A stretch of 64,000 nucleotides of DNA from IMG/VR virus record IMGVR_UViG_3300028802_000011, positions 2,873 to 66,872 of that record; one strand, written 5' to 3'. Shown in pieces: positions 19,274 to 29,133 of the stretch. A model generated the notes under the pieces. It saw only the letters and a program-made list of their open reading frames with translations. It made no database searches and was not told the origin of the DNA. Source of the stretch: a virus. A program made the position numbers and the translations under genes. The stretch's first letter is position 1. The number at the start of each line of letters is the position of its first letter.

Positions 19274-20055
19274 CGGAGTGGGCCAGGATCGCGAAGCCGC
19301 AGCCTGACGACTACGACACAGTCAAGCTCCTCGAGCAAGCATATCGTCGATGGGGATACGGAAGCATTTACTCCGGAGGTCCTCGCTTCTGTAAGTTCAT
19401 GGAGTTGACAAACACAGACAAGACGAGCTCAGGTGAATTCGCTGCGATCAACGACCCACGACTAACTGCTGTCGAAGATATCATCCGAAGTTGGCAGCAC
19501 TCTGACAGTCTTCGTCTGCTGGACTTCTTCAGCCCGATGAAGTTCGACAGACCAGTTGGAAGAGGATGCACGTCGGGGCACAGCAAGCCTTCAGAGAGAG
19601 GACGCATAGGATGCTACGTGACGATCGATGATCCTACCGGCTGCGCTGAAGGGATTGTGCACGAGCTTGCACATCAGCGACTTCATTGCTTAGGGATGGA
19701 TCTTGATAGTCACGATCGTACTCTAATCCTGAATGACAACGAACTGAAGTGGTTCAGTCCTATTCGGCGGGATTGCCTTCGCCCCATGACAGCGTTGATC
19801 CACGGGATCTATGCCTATACGTTCGTGTTGAGCATCGACCTCATTGCTTCAGACGGGATTGAGTACTTGAAAAACAATGTCCCGAAAGTACGTCGAGGTC
19901 TCGAAGAGATTAGCAAGGGAGTCGAAGTAACAGACGAAGGTGTCGAGTTCATGAAAGGCTTCCTGGAATGGGCCTATTCACTCGTTCATGAAGGCGAGGC
20001 TACTCTGTTGAATGCTGGTGTCGCCGAAGTTTACTGGGAGGGGTATCGTGGCTGA
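19270..20055 (+). CDS. aKG-HExxH family peptide beta-hydroxylase-like protein
   Basis: EGIVHELAHQRL plus FSPIRRDCLRPMTALIHGIYAY, matching the HExxH...SPxRxDxRP...HGxYA signature; ATGA overlap. Confidence 0.85.
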   Translation: MTEWARIAKPQPDDYDTVKLLEQAYRRWGYGSIYSGGPRFCKFMELTNTDKTSSGEFAAINDPRLTAVEDIIRSWQHSDSLRLLDFFSPMKFDRPVGRGCTSGHSKPSERGRIGCYVTIDDPTGCAEGIVHELAHQRLHCLGMDLDSHDRTLILNDNELKWFSPIRRDCLRPMTALIHGIYAYTFVLSIDLIASDGIEYLKNNVPKVRRGLEEISKGVEVTDEGVEFMKGFLEWAYSLVHEGEATLLNAGVAEVYWEGYRG

Positions 20056-20569
20056 AGAGCTGACGACTGGTGAATGGCCGTGGGTCGTGATGCACGGGGA
20101 ACATCCTGCCTGGTACCAGCGCTCGTTGATAGTTGGCGACTTCGCACCTGGCAGGATCCCGGCTTCTAATTACGCTGTCTCTCTTGATGGAGATATATTC
20201 GGCCCTGATGAGCGCCCGTTCTGTGGCACTTGTCTTGCTGAACCTCTAACTGATGAGCTCGATGTGATGGAGCGCAGCACTGGCAACTCAAGCTTCTTGT
20301 CGCTCTACAGGAATCCTAATCATCGCCTGCCGTGGCCTCCTCCTACGAATCCCGCGACCTGCTGGTACTGCAACGACAACAGTGTTCGGGTGAAGAAGGA
20401 AGTGAAGATCGAGGACATCGCCAAAGCGGCGTTCGGGAAAGATCGCAAGACCAAGTCCAGAGCGAAGGTGCTCGTGTGTTCGAAGTGCTCGGACTTCGTT
20501 GACAAGCGCAGAGAACAGAAGGATCGCGTGAGGGATCCGAGAAACAATGACGACCGAGGAGGTAGATAG
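20048..20569 (+). CDS. Cys-rich hypothetical protein
   Basis: CGTC, CWYC, CSKC; overlaps both neighbours. Confidence 0.6.
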   Translation: MAEELTTGEWPWVVMHGEHPAWYQRSLIVGDFAPGRIPASNYAVSLDGDIFGPDERPFCGTCLAEPLTDELDVMERSTGNSSFLSLYRNPNHRLPWPPPTNPATCWYCNDNSVRVKKEVKIEDIAKAAFGKDRKTKSRAKVLVCSKCSDFVDKRREQKDRVRDPRNNDDRGGR

Positions 20570-21024
20570 TGGCCTGGACAACTCCTAGAACGTGGAGTGC
20601 CGGCGAGACCGTCACCGCCACGATCATGAACACCCACGTTCGCGATCAGTTCAACGCACTCGCGAACAAGGCTATCATCGTTTCAATTGGTAGTGCTGGC
20701 GGAGGTGTCATTCCTAACGGTCACAAGATGTACGTCGAGATCCCTGTCAATCTCCGTGCGACAGGCTGGACAGTTGTGTCCGACGCTTCCGGCACTATTG
20801 TCTTTGACATCTACAAGGATTCTTACGCTAACTTCCCGCCGACAGTTGGGGACAGTATGACTGGTACGGAGAAGCCCACTCTCAGCGGCCAGCAGAAGAA
20901 CCAGGATCTGACGCTGTCCTCGTGGAGCACGGACATCCTCGCCGGTGATGTACTCGCCGTCGTCGTGTCGAACGTTGCAACAGTGCAGCAAGTGACACTG
21001 TCAATCAGGTGTGAGCCACTCTGA
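20569..21024 (+). CDS. Tail-fibre-like protein (MAWTTPRTW paralog 3)
   Basis: Same N-terminal module followed by a beta-sandwich (DIYKDSYANFPPTVGDS..KPTLS). Confidence 0.7.
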   Translation: MAWTTPRTWSAGETVTATIMNTHVRDQFNALANKAIIVSIGSAGGGVIPNGHKMYVEIPVNLRATGWTVVSDASGTIVFDIYKDSYANFPPTVGDSMTGTEKPTLSGQQKNQDLTLSSWSTDILAGDVLAVVVSNVATVQQVTLSIRCEPL

Positions 21025-21707
21025 TGCCGGTCCTCAATCTTCGGCCGGTGTCTGTTGGCACATACAACATGACCATCAGCACATTCGGAGCAGGTACGAA
21101 GTGGGAGGCAGTAGATCCTGGACCTGATCCAATCGTCCACACGGACGGCTCTGGTATTGCTTGGGGTTCGGGCACCTCCGGCTTCATCGACTCGTTCAAC
21201 CTGCAGGATCTTCCTGGGTCAGCTACTCAAGTTGACAGTGTCACCATGACAGCCAGAGTAGCAAACACTGATGTTTCTCCTACAACTTTAGTCGTGTTCA
21301 CGAGACTGAGCGGAGTCAACAGTGGTATTCAGAATATCTCCAAAGCTGCTGGATCTGGCCTGACTAACGAGACTAAGACTGCCGACAGACCGGGAGGCGG
21401 AACGTTCTCAGTGGCAGATGTCAACGGACTAGAGATAGCAATCTACAACACTAGTGATCCTAGTGTGTCAGCGGTTATCTGCACGAGCTACTGGGCCACT
21501 GTTGAATACAAAGTCGCCGGCGGTGACTTCGCGTACTTGATCTTGTCAATGCTCCCAGGAATGATTGGCGCAGGATTGAGCATCCTGGACTTTACCAGAA
21601 TGCTGTCAATGATAAGACGGCGACACTTGACAGTGTTCACTGTCAATGAAATTACTCAGGCGTTCGCAGAGCTCAAGGCGCACAAGTACAGGAGGATCTT
21701 CGCGTGA
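21024..21707 (+). CDS. Putative virion protein, beta-rich
   Basis: Ser/Thr/Gly-rich; TGATG coupling. Confidence 0.55.
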   Translation: MPVLNLRPVSVGTYNMTISTFGAGTKWEAVDPGPDPIVHTDGSGIAWGSGTSGFIDSFNLQDLPGSATQVDSVTMTARVANTDVSPTTLVVFTRLSGVNSGIQNISKAAGSGLTNETKTADRPGGGTFSVADVNGLEIAIYNTSDPSVSAVICTSYWATVEYKVAGGDFAYLILSMLPGMIGAGLSILDFTRMLSMIRRRHLTVFTVNEITQAFAELKAHKYRRIFA

Positions 21708-22033
21708 TTGTCCAGTTCGATACGAATGAAGCCTACGAGCACTTCCAGTTCTACTGGTATGCTGTGAAGACGGGCCTGTATAACGGAGGCCTGCGTTTTG
21801 CCGAGTGCCAGTCCCTCCTCGAGCTGAGGCTTCACGCGGTCAGCCGCGACAACGACCAGAAGGACGGCGGACGAGTTCTGCTCGAGGAGTGCTCGATGGA
21901 GTTCACGGACGAGGAGCGTGTCGTGCTCGCACGTCTACTGTCGACTGCACCTTGGAAGGATGATGCGATCAGAGCCGCGCAGGCAGCTCTTCGCTATCTC
22001 GGAGTCGAGGTCGAATTTAAGTTGACAGTTTAG
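21704..22033 (+). CDS. Hypothetical protein (last late gene)
   Basis: GTGA overlap; converges on the minus-strand gene. Confidence 0.55.
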   Translation: MIVQFDTNEAYEHFQFYWYAVKTGLYNGGLRFAECQSLLELRLHAVSRDNDQKDGGRVLLEECSMEFTDEERVVLARLLSTAPWKDDAIRAAQAALRYLGVEVEFKLTV

Positions 22034-22470
22034 TCGACTTCAACCGGCGTCGTGCTCAACAGTATCCCGCGGGACGCATGCTCAGCCATGAGCCCGTGTC
22101 CCCAGTGACCTCGCTCGGGATAGAGCACGTGAAGCACCTCGTGCGCGATCACTCGGCCCATCGCCTTGTGAAACTTCGGCGACTCGCGGCTCACCTCGAG
22201 ATACTTCTCGAGGTTGACGATGAAGACCACGATGAGCCTCTTGTCCGGGTGAGGGTTCGTGACTCCAAGCAGGTGTTCGGCGCCGGCTGGCACTGGGTTC
22301 AGCACGCGAAGCTGAATGGGTGCAGTCTTCATCGACACGCTGAGTGCAGGCTCGTTGCGAAGGATTCGCTCCGCTTCTTGCCAGGCTTCGTTCGTAACCT
22401 GCGGCGGCTGAGCCAAGATACTACTCAGGGCCGCGATAGCTATCATCATGCTACTCGCCTCCGGAATCAC
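22030..22470 (-). CDS. Exported zincin-like metallopeptidase (HExxH)
   Basis: Hydrophobic N-terminus; MGRVIAHEVLHVLYPERGHWGHGLM; exact start uncertain. Confidence 0.65.
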   Translation of the reverse strand: MIPEASSMMIAIAALSSILAQPPQVTNEAWQEAERILRNEPALSVSMKTAPIQLRVLNPVPAGAEHLLGVTNPHPDKRLIVVFIVNLEKYLEVSRESPKFHKAMGRVIAHEVLHVLYPERGHWGHGLMAEHASRGILLSTTPVEVD

Positions 22471-22726
22471 AGGGTAGCACCACTCGCCCGCAGGTGCAAC
22501 CGAATTCGGCCGTGGACCTATTTACCTTTGGCTAGGACGCGACCGCGCCACCTTATTAATAGGCGCATGGGTGCCAGCCGGCGCCGGTCGCCCTGGCAGC
22601 CTCCTAGGCGTTCCTAGTCTAACCTGTTGAAACAACGTCACTTACAGGGACGTCTGGCCGGCTCCTCGCGGTAAGTCTATTAGACTGAGGGTCTTATAAA
22701 AATCTTCAACATTCATCACTTTTCGC

Positions 22727-22755
22727 TTGCACCAGTTGTTAACTGGACCTATCAT
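22727..22755 (+). promoter_or_regulatory. Sigma70-type promoter P1 with operator in the spacer
   Basis: TTGCAC-17bp-TATCAT; CCAGTTGTTAACTGG at 22732-22746. Confidence 0.75.
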
Positions 22756-22761
22756 TCGTGT

Positions 22762-22998
22762 ATGGAAAGCGCGATGCAGCCTGGCAACGGCGAAACGGTG
22801 GTGAGGCTCAACGGACGGCGAGGTCGGGTGCGGTGCTACATGTACGTTGTTTCGGTGCGCTTCGGCGACCGGGACCAGGTCAAGAGCATCCAGTTCACCG
22901 ACGACCGCAGTAAGGCCCACGCTTTTCGGTCAGCCAATGTTGCACAGCAGGTGGCAAACGCCTACGCCCATGCGGGCGCAACTGTGGAGGCTAAGTAG
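22762..22998 (+). CDS. Early hypothetical protein, probably leaderless
   Basis: ATG lies 7 nt after the P1 -10 box; no RBS. Confidence 0.5.
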   Translation: MESAMQPGNGETVVRLNGRRGRVRCYMYVVSVRFGDRDQVKSIQFTDDRSKAHAFRSANVAQQVANAYAHAGATVEAK

Positions 22999-23000
22999 TC

Positions 23001-23213
23001 ATGGCAAAGCAGGCCACTCACCGCAAGCTCCGTCAGCGCGAGGCCCTGTGTGGTGCCTACGAAACCACCATCGGTGACCAGGTCATCTACGGCTCGGGTC
23101 TGACCTTCTGCCGCAAGACGTCGCGGCCGACCTGCACCCCATGCGCCAAGATCGAGGACGAACGGGATGAGGCCCGCATGGTGCAGGCCTTCAGCCACAC
23201 GGACCGGAGCTAA
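23001..23213 (+). CDS. Small Cys-containing hypothetical protein
   Basis: GGAGG upstream; tightly packed. Confidence 0.5.
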   Translation: MAKQATHRKLRQREALCGAYETTIGDQVIYGSGLTFCRKTSRPTCTPCAKIEDERDEARMVQAFSHTDRS

Positions 23214-23216
23214 GCC

Positions 23217-23501
23217 ATGGCGCGCTACCTGGCACAGTGCGGCGAGCCGGTCAACTTCGAACACGACAACGAGCCGGTCATCGCCATTCGCAACGAGTTC
23301 TACGTGCGCGAGGACCTGGTCGGGTCGCACTCGGAGATGACCATCAAGATCCTGTGCCTCCTCGGAACCCTCATGAACTTCGCAGTGCGCCAGTGCTCGT
23401 ACTGCAAAATCGTACTCGGCATCAAACCCTGCGTGAAGGGCGGGATGACTCACGGCGTCTGTCCTGCCTGCATCGCTACACTTATGGAGACCCGACAGTG
23501 A
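23217..23501 (+). CDS. Small zinc-finger protein
   Basis: CSYC...THGVCPAC. Confidence 0.55.
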   Translation: MARYLAQCGEPVNFEHDNEPVIAIRNEFYVREDLVGSHSEMTIKILCLLGTLMNFAVRQCSYCKIVLGIKPCVKGGMTHGVCPACIATLMETRQ

Positions 23502-24802
23502 AGGGGAAACCCGTCGCCCACGACTCGAACACCTGCAACTGGGACAAGACCAAGATCAGGCACTTCATCACCTGCAAGACGTGCCGCACTCAGTCACTCG
23601 TTTGGCATACGTGCAACATCGTCGGGGGTCAGGATCGCTACGCTCTCTACGAGTCCGTCGTCGGCACGAAGGTCATCGCTGATACGATGAAGCCTCACGT
23701 GTGCCGTGACCGGTTCGCGGTGAACAATCTCCCTGCACCTGGTGCAGCGGCGACGCCGGCGCCGGCTGCCAGCGCGAACATCGGTGGCGAATCGCTGAGC
23801 GCTGAGCAGATCAAGGAAATCTTCGACGAGGTCGTCGCTCGCAGTGGTGCAGTAACCAGCGAGGACGTCATGCGTCAGATCGACGAAACGATTGGGAGGC
23901 TCGCGATTCCTATTCGTCCGATTCGCATCGAGCTCCGTGCAGGTGGCGAAGTGCGCTCCATCGAAGGCGCTCATCGCCAGGTGCCTGAGCTCCTGTACTG
24001 GGCGAACGCGAAGGACCTCCAGGGTCATCGCTTCCCGGTGATGTTGTACGGGAAACCTGGCGTCTCGAAGAGCTACTCGGCGCACCAGGTGGCGAACCTC
24101 ATGGGCCTGTCGTTCGGGCTCATCAGCCTCAATCCCCAAACTCCCGAGTCGCGGCTCTTCGGGTTCATCGATGCGAGCGGCCGGTATCACCGAACCATGT
24201 TTCGTGAGGCCTTCGAGAACGGTGGCCTCTACCTCATCGACGAGATCGACAACGCGAGCGATGCTCTCTTGACAAGCTTGAACTCCTGCCTGGCAAACGG
24301 ACACGGAGCCTTCCCGGATGGCCTCGTCAACCGGCATCCCGACTTCGTGTGCGTTGCGACTGCGAACACTCCTGGCAGAGGAGGCGATGCGAATCACTCG
24401 GGTCGTCGTCAGTTGGATGCAGCAACTATCAATCGCTTCGCGGTGGTCGACTGGCAGAATGACGACGAGCTCGAGATGCGGCTGGCCCGGGCGACGAACC
24501 CCAAGTGCGGCGAGGTCTGGCTCAACTGGATCCGTCGCGTTCGTGAGTACTGCGGCAAGCATCACCCGAAGGTCATCGTCAGTCCGCGCTCCACAATGAT
24601 GGGAGCGAAGGCCATCCTGGATTCACAGTTCACTCTCGAGCAGATCGCCGACATGACGCTCTTCAAGGGTCTTGACAAAGACACGAAGGCGAAGATCATC
24701 GCGGCCTGCCCGATGCCCGTGGTTGTGCGGGTGAAGGAACACCTGGCCGAATGCGAAGAGCCTGGCATCACGTGCGAATGCCCGGAGGTGATCAATGCGT
24801 AG
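23498..24802 (+). CDS. MoxR/CbbQ/CobS-like AAA+ ATPase
   Basis: GKPGVSKS Walker A variant, LYLIDEID Walker B, ATANT, LDAATINRF. Confidence 0.85.
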   Translation: MKGKPVAHDSNTCNWDKTKIRHFITCKTCRTQSLVWHTCNIVGGQDRYALYESVVGTKVIADTMKPHVCRDRFAVNNLPAPGAAATPAPAASANIGGESLSAEQIKEIFDEVVARSGAVTSEDVMRQIDETIGRLAIPIRPIRIELRAGGEVRSIEGAHRQVPELLYWANAKDLQGHRFPVMLYGKPGVSKSYSAHQVANLMGLSFGLISLNPQTPESRLFGFIDASGRYHRTMFREAFENGGLYLIDEIDNASDALLTSLNSCLANGHGAFPDGLVNRHPDFVCVATANTPGRGGDANHSGRRQLDAATINRFAVVDWQNDDELEMRLARATNPKCGEVWLNWIRRVREYCGKHHPKVIVSPRSTMMGAKAILDSQFTLEQIADMTLFKGLDKDTKAKIIAACPMPVVVRVKEHLAECEEPGITCECPEVINA

Positions 24803-25730
24803 GCGTCGCCGGCAGTACGGATACGGTTCGGTGCCTTCGACGTCTTATGCTGCACCTGTGCAGCCTTCGTCCGCTCCCGCTTACATCCCGCCGCAGGCCA
24901 AGAAGCATATCGTTCATTTCTCGTGGGGTGAGTACATCGAGGAGGCGGAGAAGCAGACGCCAGGCCGAAGCCGAACTTCACGAAACGCCGACGCGAATCA
25001 GTACTGGGACCTGGGATGCGGCTTTGACAATGCTATCAAGATGGCTCGTGAAGGCTGGGACGAGGGTGAGCAGTTTACCAAACGCTACTCGGCCGGCCTG
25101 TTCGAGTCACTGAGCACAGTCGTCGAGCGTGAGTATCCCGTCTACGATGTCGAAGGGACCGAGATCGACATCGCGCGCTTCATGGACGGTGAGCCCGAGT
25201 GCTGGCAGCGGATGGAGACGCGCGTCACGGAAGGCACCGGGCGCAAGCTCATCCGCATCGTCCTCAACATGGCGACGTCGGGTGGAGTGAGCGGAGCGAC
25301 GATGTTAGCCAAGGGTGCAGCGATCGCCGCCCTTGCAGAGCTCCTCGAGTTCGCCGGTCACGGCGTCCAGATCGACCTCGTCGACGGGACTTCAGCCGGT
25401 GGGATGCTGCACATCGAGACTTGGATCCGCATCAAGGACTTCGATCAGCCCATCGATCTTCCGCGCGTCGCGTTCGCCCTCGCACATCCCGCCACACAGC
25501 GGCGTCTGTGGTTTGCGATGGCCGAGAATTTCCCGGCCGACATCTACCAGGCCGTCGTCGCAGACCAGTCGTACGGACGGCCTGCGGACATCAACGAACA
25601 AGACCGTGGGGATGTGTACATCGGTCGCAGCATGTATCCCGCAATCGAGTGGAGCAACGAAGGCATCGCTCAGCAGTGGGTGCTCGAACAGCTCCGTCGT
25701 CAAGGCGTCGTACTCAAGGAACAGGAGTAA
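24795..25730 (+). CDS. VWA-like partner of the AAA ATPase
   Basis: Follows the MoxR-like gene; IDIARFMDGEPECW, IVLNMATSGG, AFALAHPATQRR. Confidence 0.6.
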   Translation: MRRRRRQYGYGSVPSTSYAAPVQPSSAPAYIPPQAKKHIVHFSWGEYIEEAEKQTPGRSRTSRNADANQYWDLGCGFDNAIKMAREGWDEGEQFTKRYSAGLFESLSTVVEREYPVYDVEGTEIDIARFMDGEPECWQRMETRVTEGTGRKLIRIVLNMATSGGVSGATMLAKGAAIAALAELLEFAGHGVQIDLVDGTSAGGMLHIETWIRIKDFDQPIDLPRVAFALAHPATQRRLWFAMAENFPADIYQAVVADQSYGRPADINEQDRGDVYIGRSMYPAIEWSNEGIAQQWVLEQLRRQGVVLKEQE

Positions 25731-28700
25731 GTGATGACCACGAAGGAAGCGAAGGCACTGAAGGCCGGCGATGTCGTCTATGTCAGGCCAGGGTACCAGC
25801 ATCAGGACGACGGTCCTCTGTATAAGGCGACCGTGCTACTCCCGAGCCTCGATGGCAGGAAGATCGAGCTCAAGATCGAGCGCGATGACAAGGGCTCTCG
25901 TTCGTGTGCCACTCAGGGAACGTACCTGGCCCGCGTCAACATCAACGCCATCTACTTGGATTCCGAGGAGGTGCGCGAGTGCTTCCGTATCCAACGCGAG
26001 CTCGTCGCGGAGCAACAGCGCGAAGGTGTGATCGGCTATGCTCAGGAAGAAGCCATCTCTTACGACAGGCAGTGGGACATCAAGACGCTGCTCGCGGACA
26101 TCTTCACCCGTGCAGGTGTCACCGACAAGGAGCGTGAGCTCCTCCGCAAGGTCTTCGTGGATCCCTATGGCTCACCTTCGACTTGGGCCAGCCTGCTACT
26201 CGGAAGGTCCAAGTAGTTATGCACACAGTGTTCGCACTGCTCATCGGAGCCTCGGTCCTCGCTGCCGGTTTCTTGGCAGTGTGGATTGTCGGCAGGCTTC
26301 TGGTAGGACCTGCACCTGAGGATCGTGGCGATATCATCCCCACAGGTGTCTTCGCCTTCGTGCTCGTATCTCTGGTTTGTGGCCTGATGTACTACATCGG
26401 GTCGCTCGTCATGGAGCACATCAAGTGAAGTGGCTCTGGTCGCAGATCATGTGCATGTTCTGGATCCGCAGGTGCCAACAGTGCCAGGTCCTCATTGACG
26501 CTGCGAGCAACGGAACTATCGCGCGCGAACGTGCTCGTGCGCAAAGGAGTCAGCGATGAGTGTGAGCTTCGTGGTGAAGGACTGGATGGTCATCGAGGTG
26601 ATGAAGACGCGCGGCGGCTCGTTCGTCCAAAATCTTGGGAAGGCCGCAGCCGTCGCCGATGAGAAGAACCTCACTCGTCTCAAGACTGCGTTCCCCGAGA
26701 TGTGGGAGCAGTACTCCGAGATGGCGAAGGTGGCCTATGCCGAAGACCAGCAGTGAACACAGTATTCTCAAGGACCGCAGGTTCATGAGTCATTACGGGA
26801 TGACCAAGGAGAAGTTAATGACGGCGATGGAAGTGCCAAACACCCTTGATGAGAACGGCCATCAGCATCCGTACGTCGCCCTTGAAGTCCTCCGTCGTGT
26901 CCGTACTGTCTACGTGGACGTGCCAGGTGCCAGCGACGTGACCGTTCTCAAGATCGCGAAGCAGGAAGTCCGCGCACTCATCTGTTCCCCGCGATGGATG
27001 AAGGGTTATCATCTGATGTTGCGCCCTGATCTCGGACGTGCCGCTCTTCTCTCTGCGTGCAACAATCACAAGGAGTGTGGACGATGACCCGAGTGCGCTT
27101 GAAGAACCTGCGCGACGATGCCGATTGGATCGAGGCTGAGACCGGTCACGCCGGCATCCAGGCAGGCCTCCTCGGAACTCTCGTTAGTAAGGAAGGGAGT
27201 ATGTACGAAGTCGAGCTGGATCGCAACGGTGAGCGCATTCTGTTTGACTTCGAGGAGCTGGAGGTGCTGTCGTGAAAGTGAAATGTCCGGCCTGTGGGAA
27301 GAGCGTCGACGGTGATTACATGGTGCGATGTCTCACAGTGACGGCAGGCGAACGATGTTCGACGGTGATGTGTTCGGATGAGTGCATGAAGTTCCACGTG
27401 TGCGTGATGAAGATCGGCAGTAACGTTGCAGCCACGACGGACATCGTGGAGAAGCGGAGGATCAAGTGAGTGTGCGATTGAGTGTGCGATTGAGTGTGCT
27501 TGGAGTGGGCGTCGCCGGCCTAGTGTCGGTGGGCCTGTGGACGAGGGGAGCGTCGGGGAAGTCCGAACAGACTCCGACTCAGACCCCTCGTCCACCGAAG
27601 GTCTTCGTGATCGATTCGGTGAATATGCGTAGATCGGATCAGTACGTGAAGGCGCTCGAGGGATACTACATCCCTGCGAAGCATAAGGCGCAGGAGACGG
27701 GTCAGTGGTACATCGCGTACGAGGTTGTTCGCAGCATCAGTCGTGCGTGTGATTGGAAGGATCCATGGGACCCGACGGCGGCGACCATCGATCTGTCTTC
27801 GGTTCCGGAATCGGTTCTCAAGAGTGAAAACTGGGAACACAAGACTATCCTTGCTGCACGCGATGCGGTCTTCTGCATCCAGCTCGTTCGTTCGGAAGGC
27901 CAGTAACGGGTTGAACCCAGGTGGGAGGTCGCCGTTCGCAGCGACGCCCACTGTCCTAGAAGGAGAAAGACATGACTGACAGAGTGTACGAGCCGCGCGA
28001 AGGTGAAGCGAATCCCAAGCCCGAAGTCACAGACTGGATGCTGATCCTGTACTTCCGTGATCCCACCTGGTTAGACAGGATGCGAAGCGTCGTGGCACAG
28101 AAGCAGGTCAGCCGTGAAGTGTGCATCGGGCTGGCAGGTGTCTACTCGAGGAGTGGCTACTGGGAGCGCGCTGATAACCTTGGCGCGTCGCGCTGGTATG
28201 CCGTCGAGCACTGCGTCATTCGTCCCTACGATGCGGACCTGGCAGGACGATGAGTGTCGTCAAGGCGACGAATCATCAGGCGACCAAGATCCCGAACAAG
28301 CCTCCTTGCGAATGCGGGAAGCGCGACAGTAGCTTGGATGAGTGCATGATCCACCCTGGTCGCGCTGTGCCGGCGGATGGGAAGTTTAGGATTGAGGGGG
28401 TCGGCGAAGTGTGGATGTGCCGACCTTGCCTTGATAACTCGTTCATCAGTTACGTGAGGCTCGAGTAGTCATGCAAGTTAAGATGTTTGAAGTTCTCGAT
28501 CGGGCGACGTTGATCCCTGTCGTGGCTGTGTTGATGGAACCCAGCTCGTCGTGCGGATGCGTCTGCAGTGAGCATGGAGTTGGATGCGTGAAGTGCGATT
28601 GCTTCCAGCATCCAGTTGGCTCATCGAGTGAAGCCTGGCTCCTTCGTCGAAGCGGCTTCAATGATCACAACGGATTAGTTACTATGTTCAAAGCAAGTAG

Positions 28701-28875
28701 CAGATCCGTTGATTCGGTGACGTATGACCCATACGACTGGACTAACAGAACGCTCAAGACTGCGCACCACTACATCCAACACAACTGGGACAAGCTACGA
28801 ACAGGCCAGGTCATCGACGTGCAGTACGTGCTAGGCGAATACCCTACGCCACGCCGCAGCGAAAGAGGCCTGTAA
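25731..28875 (+). other. Cluster of about 11 small coupled early ORFs (25731-26216, 26556-26756, 27272-27469, 27466-27906, 27972-28253, 28250-28468, 28471-28875 and others)
   Basis: Consecutive + strand ORFs with RBSs or 4-nt overlaps; several Cys-rich or membrane-anchored; no family recognised. Confidence 0.6.
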
Positions 28876-29133
28876 CCGTGTGCAGGCCAGGACGCGGCCG
28901 GATGCCTCAAAAACCTGATGCGCCACGCGTCCCAGGATGCGACTTGGTGGGTCGGTCAATAGGCAAGTATGGGCACATCCCCGGTCGCGTCCTGGGACCG
29001 TACGCAGAGCCGCAAAACTCTAACTCCTTTGTTATCAACAGATTACGGGCTCATCGTGAAGCGTCGCAGCGATGGTCGGTGCCAGGTGCAGGCCCAGCGG
29101 CGAAGAATTTTGGACCTGGTCATCACTTTTCGC

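Noticed and set aside
19270-20055. HExxH ORF as a zinc protease
   Set aside because: The downstream SPxRxDxRP..HGxYA signature and rSAM context fit the aKG-HExxH family better
15475-20600. Repeated MAWTTPRTW starts as a diversity-generating retroelement or invertible fibre switch
   Set aside because: No reverse transcriptase or invertase seen; copies are direct, N-terminal and diverged at synonymous sites
27467-27499. 2.75 copies of the 12-mer TGAGTGTGCGAT
   Set aside because: Short in-frame slippage (SVRL repeats) in a signal-like N-terminus; no wider pattern
27918-27953. Intergenic hairpin (similar one at 51325-51350) as terminator or tRNA
   Set aside because: No U-tract and no cloverleaf; function cannot be supported
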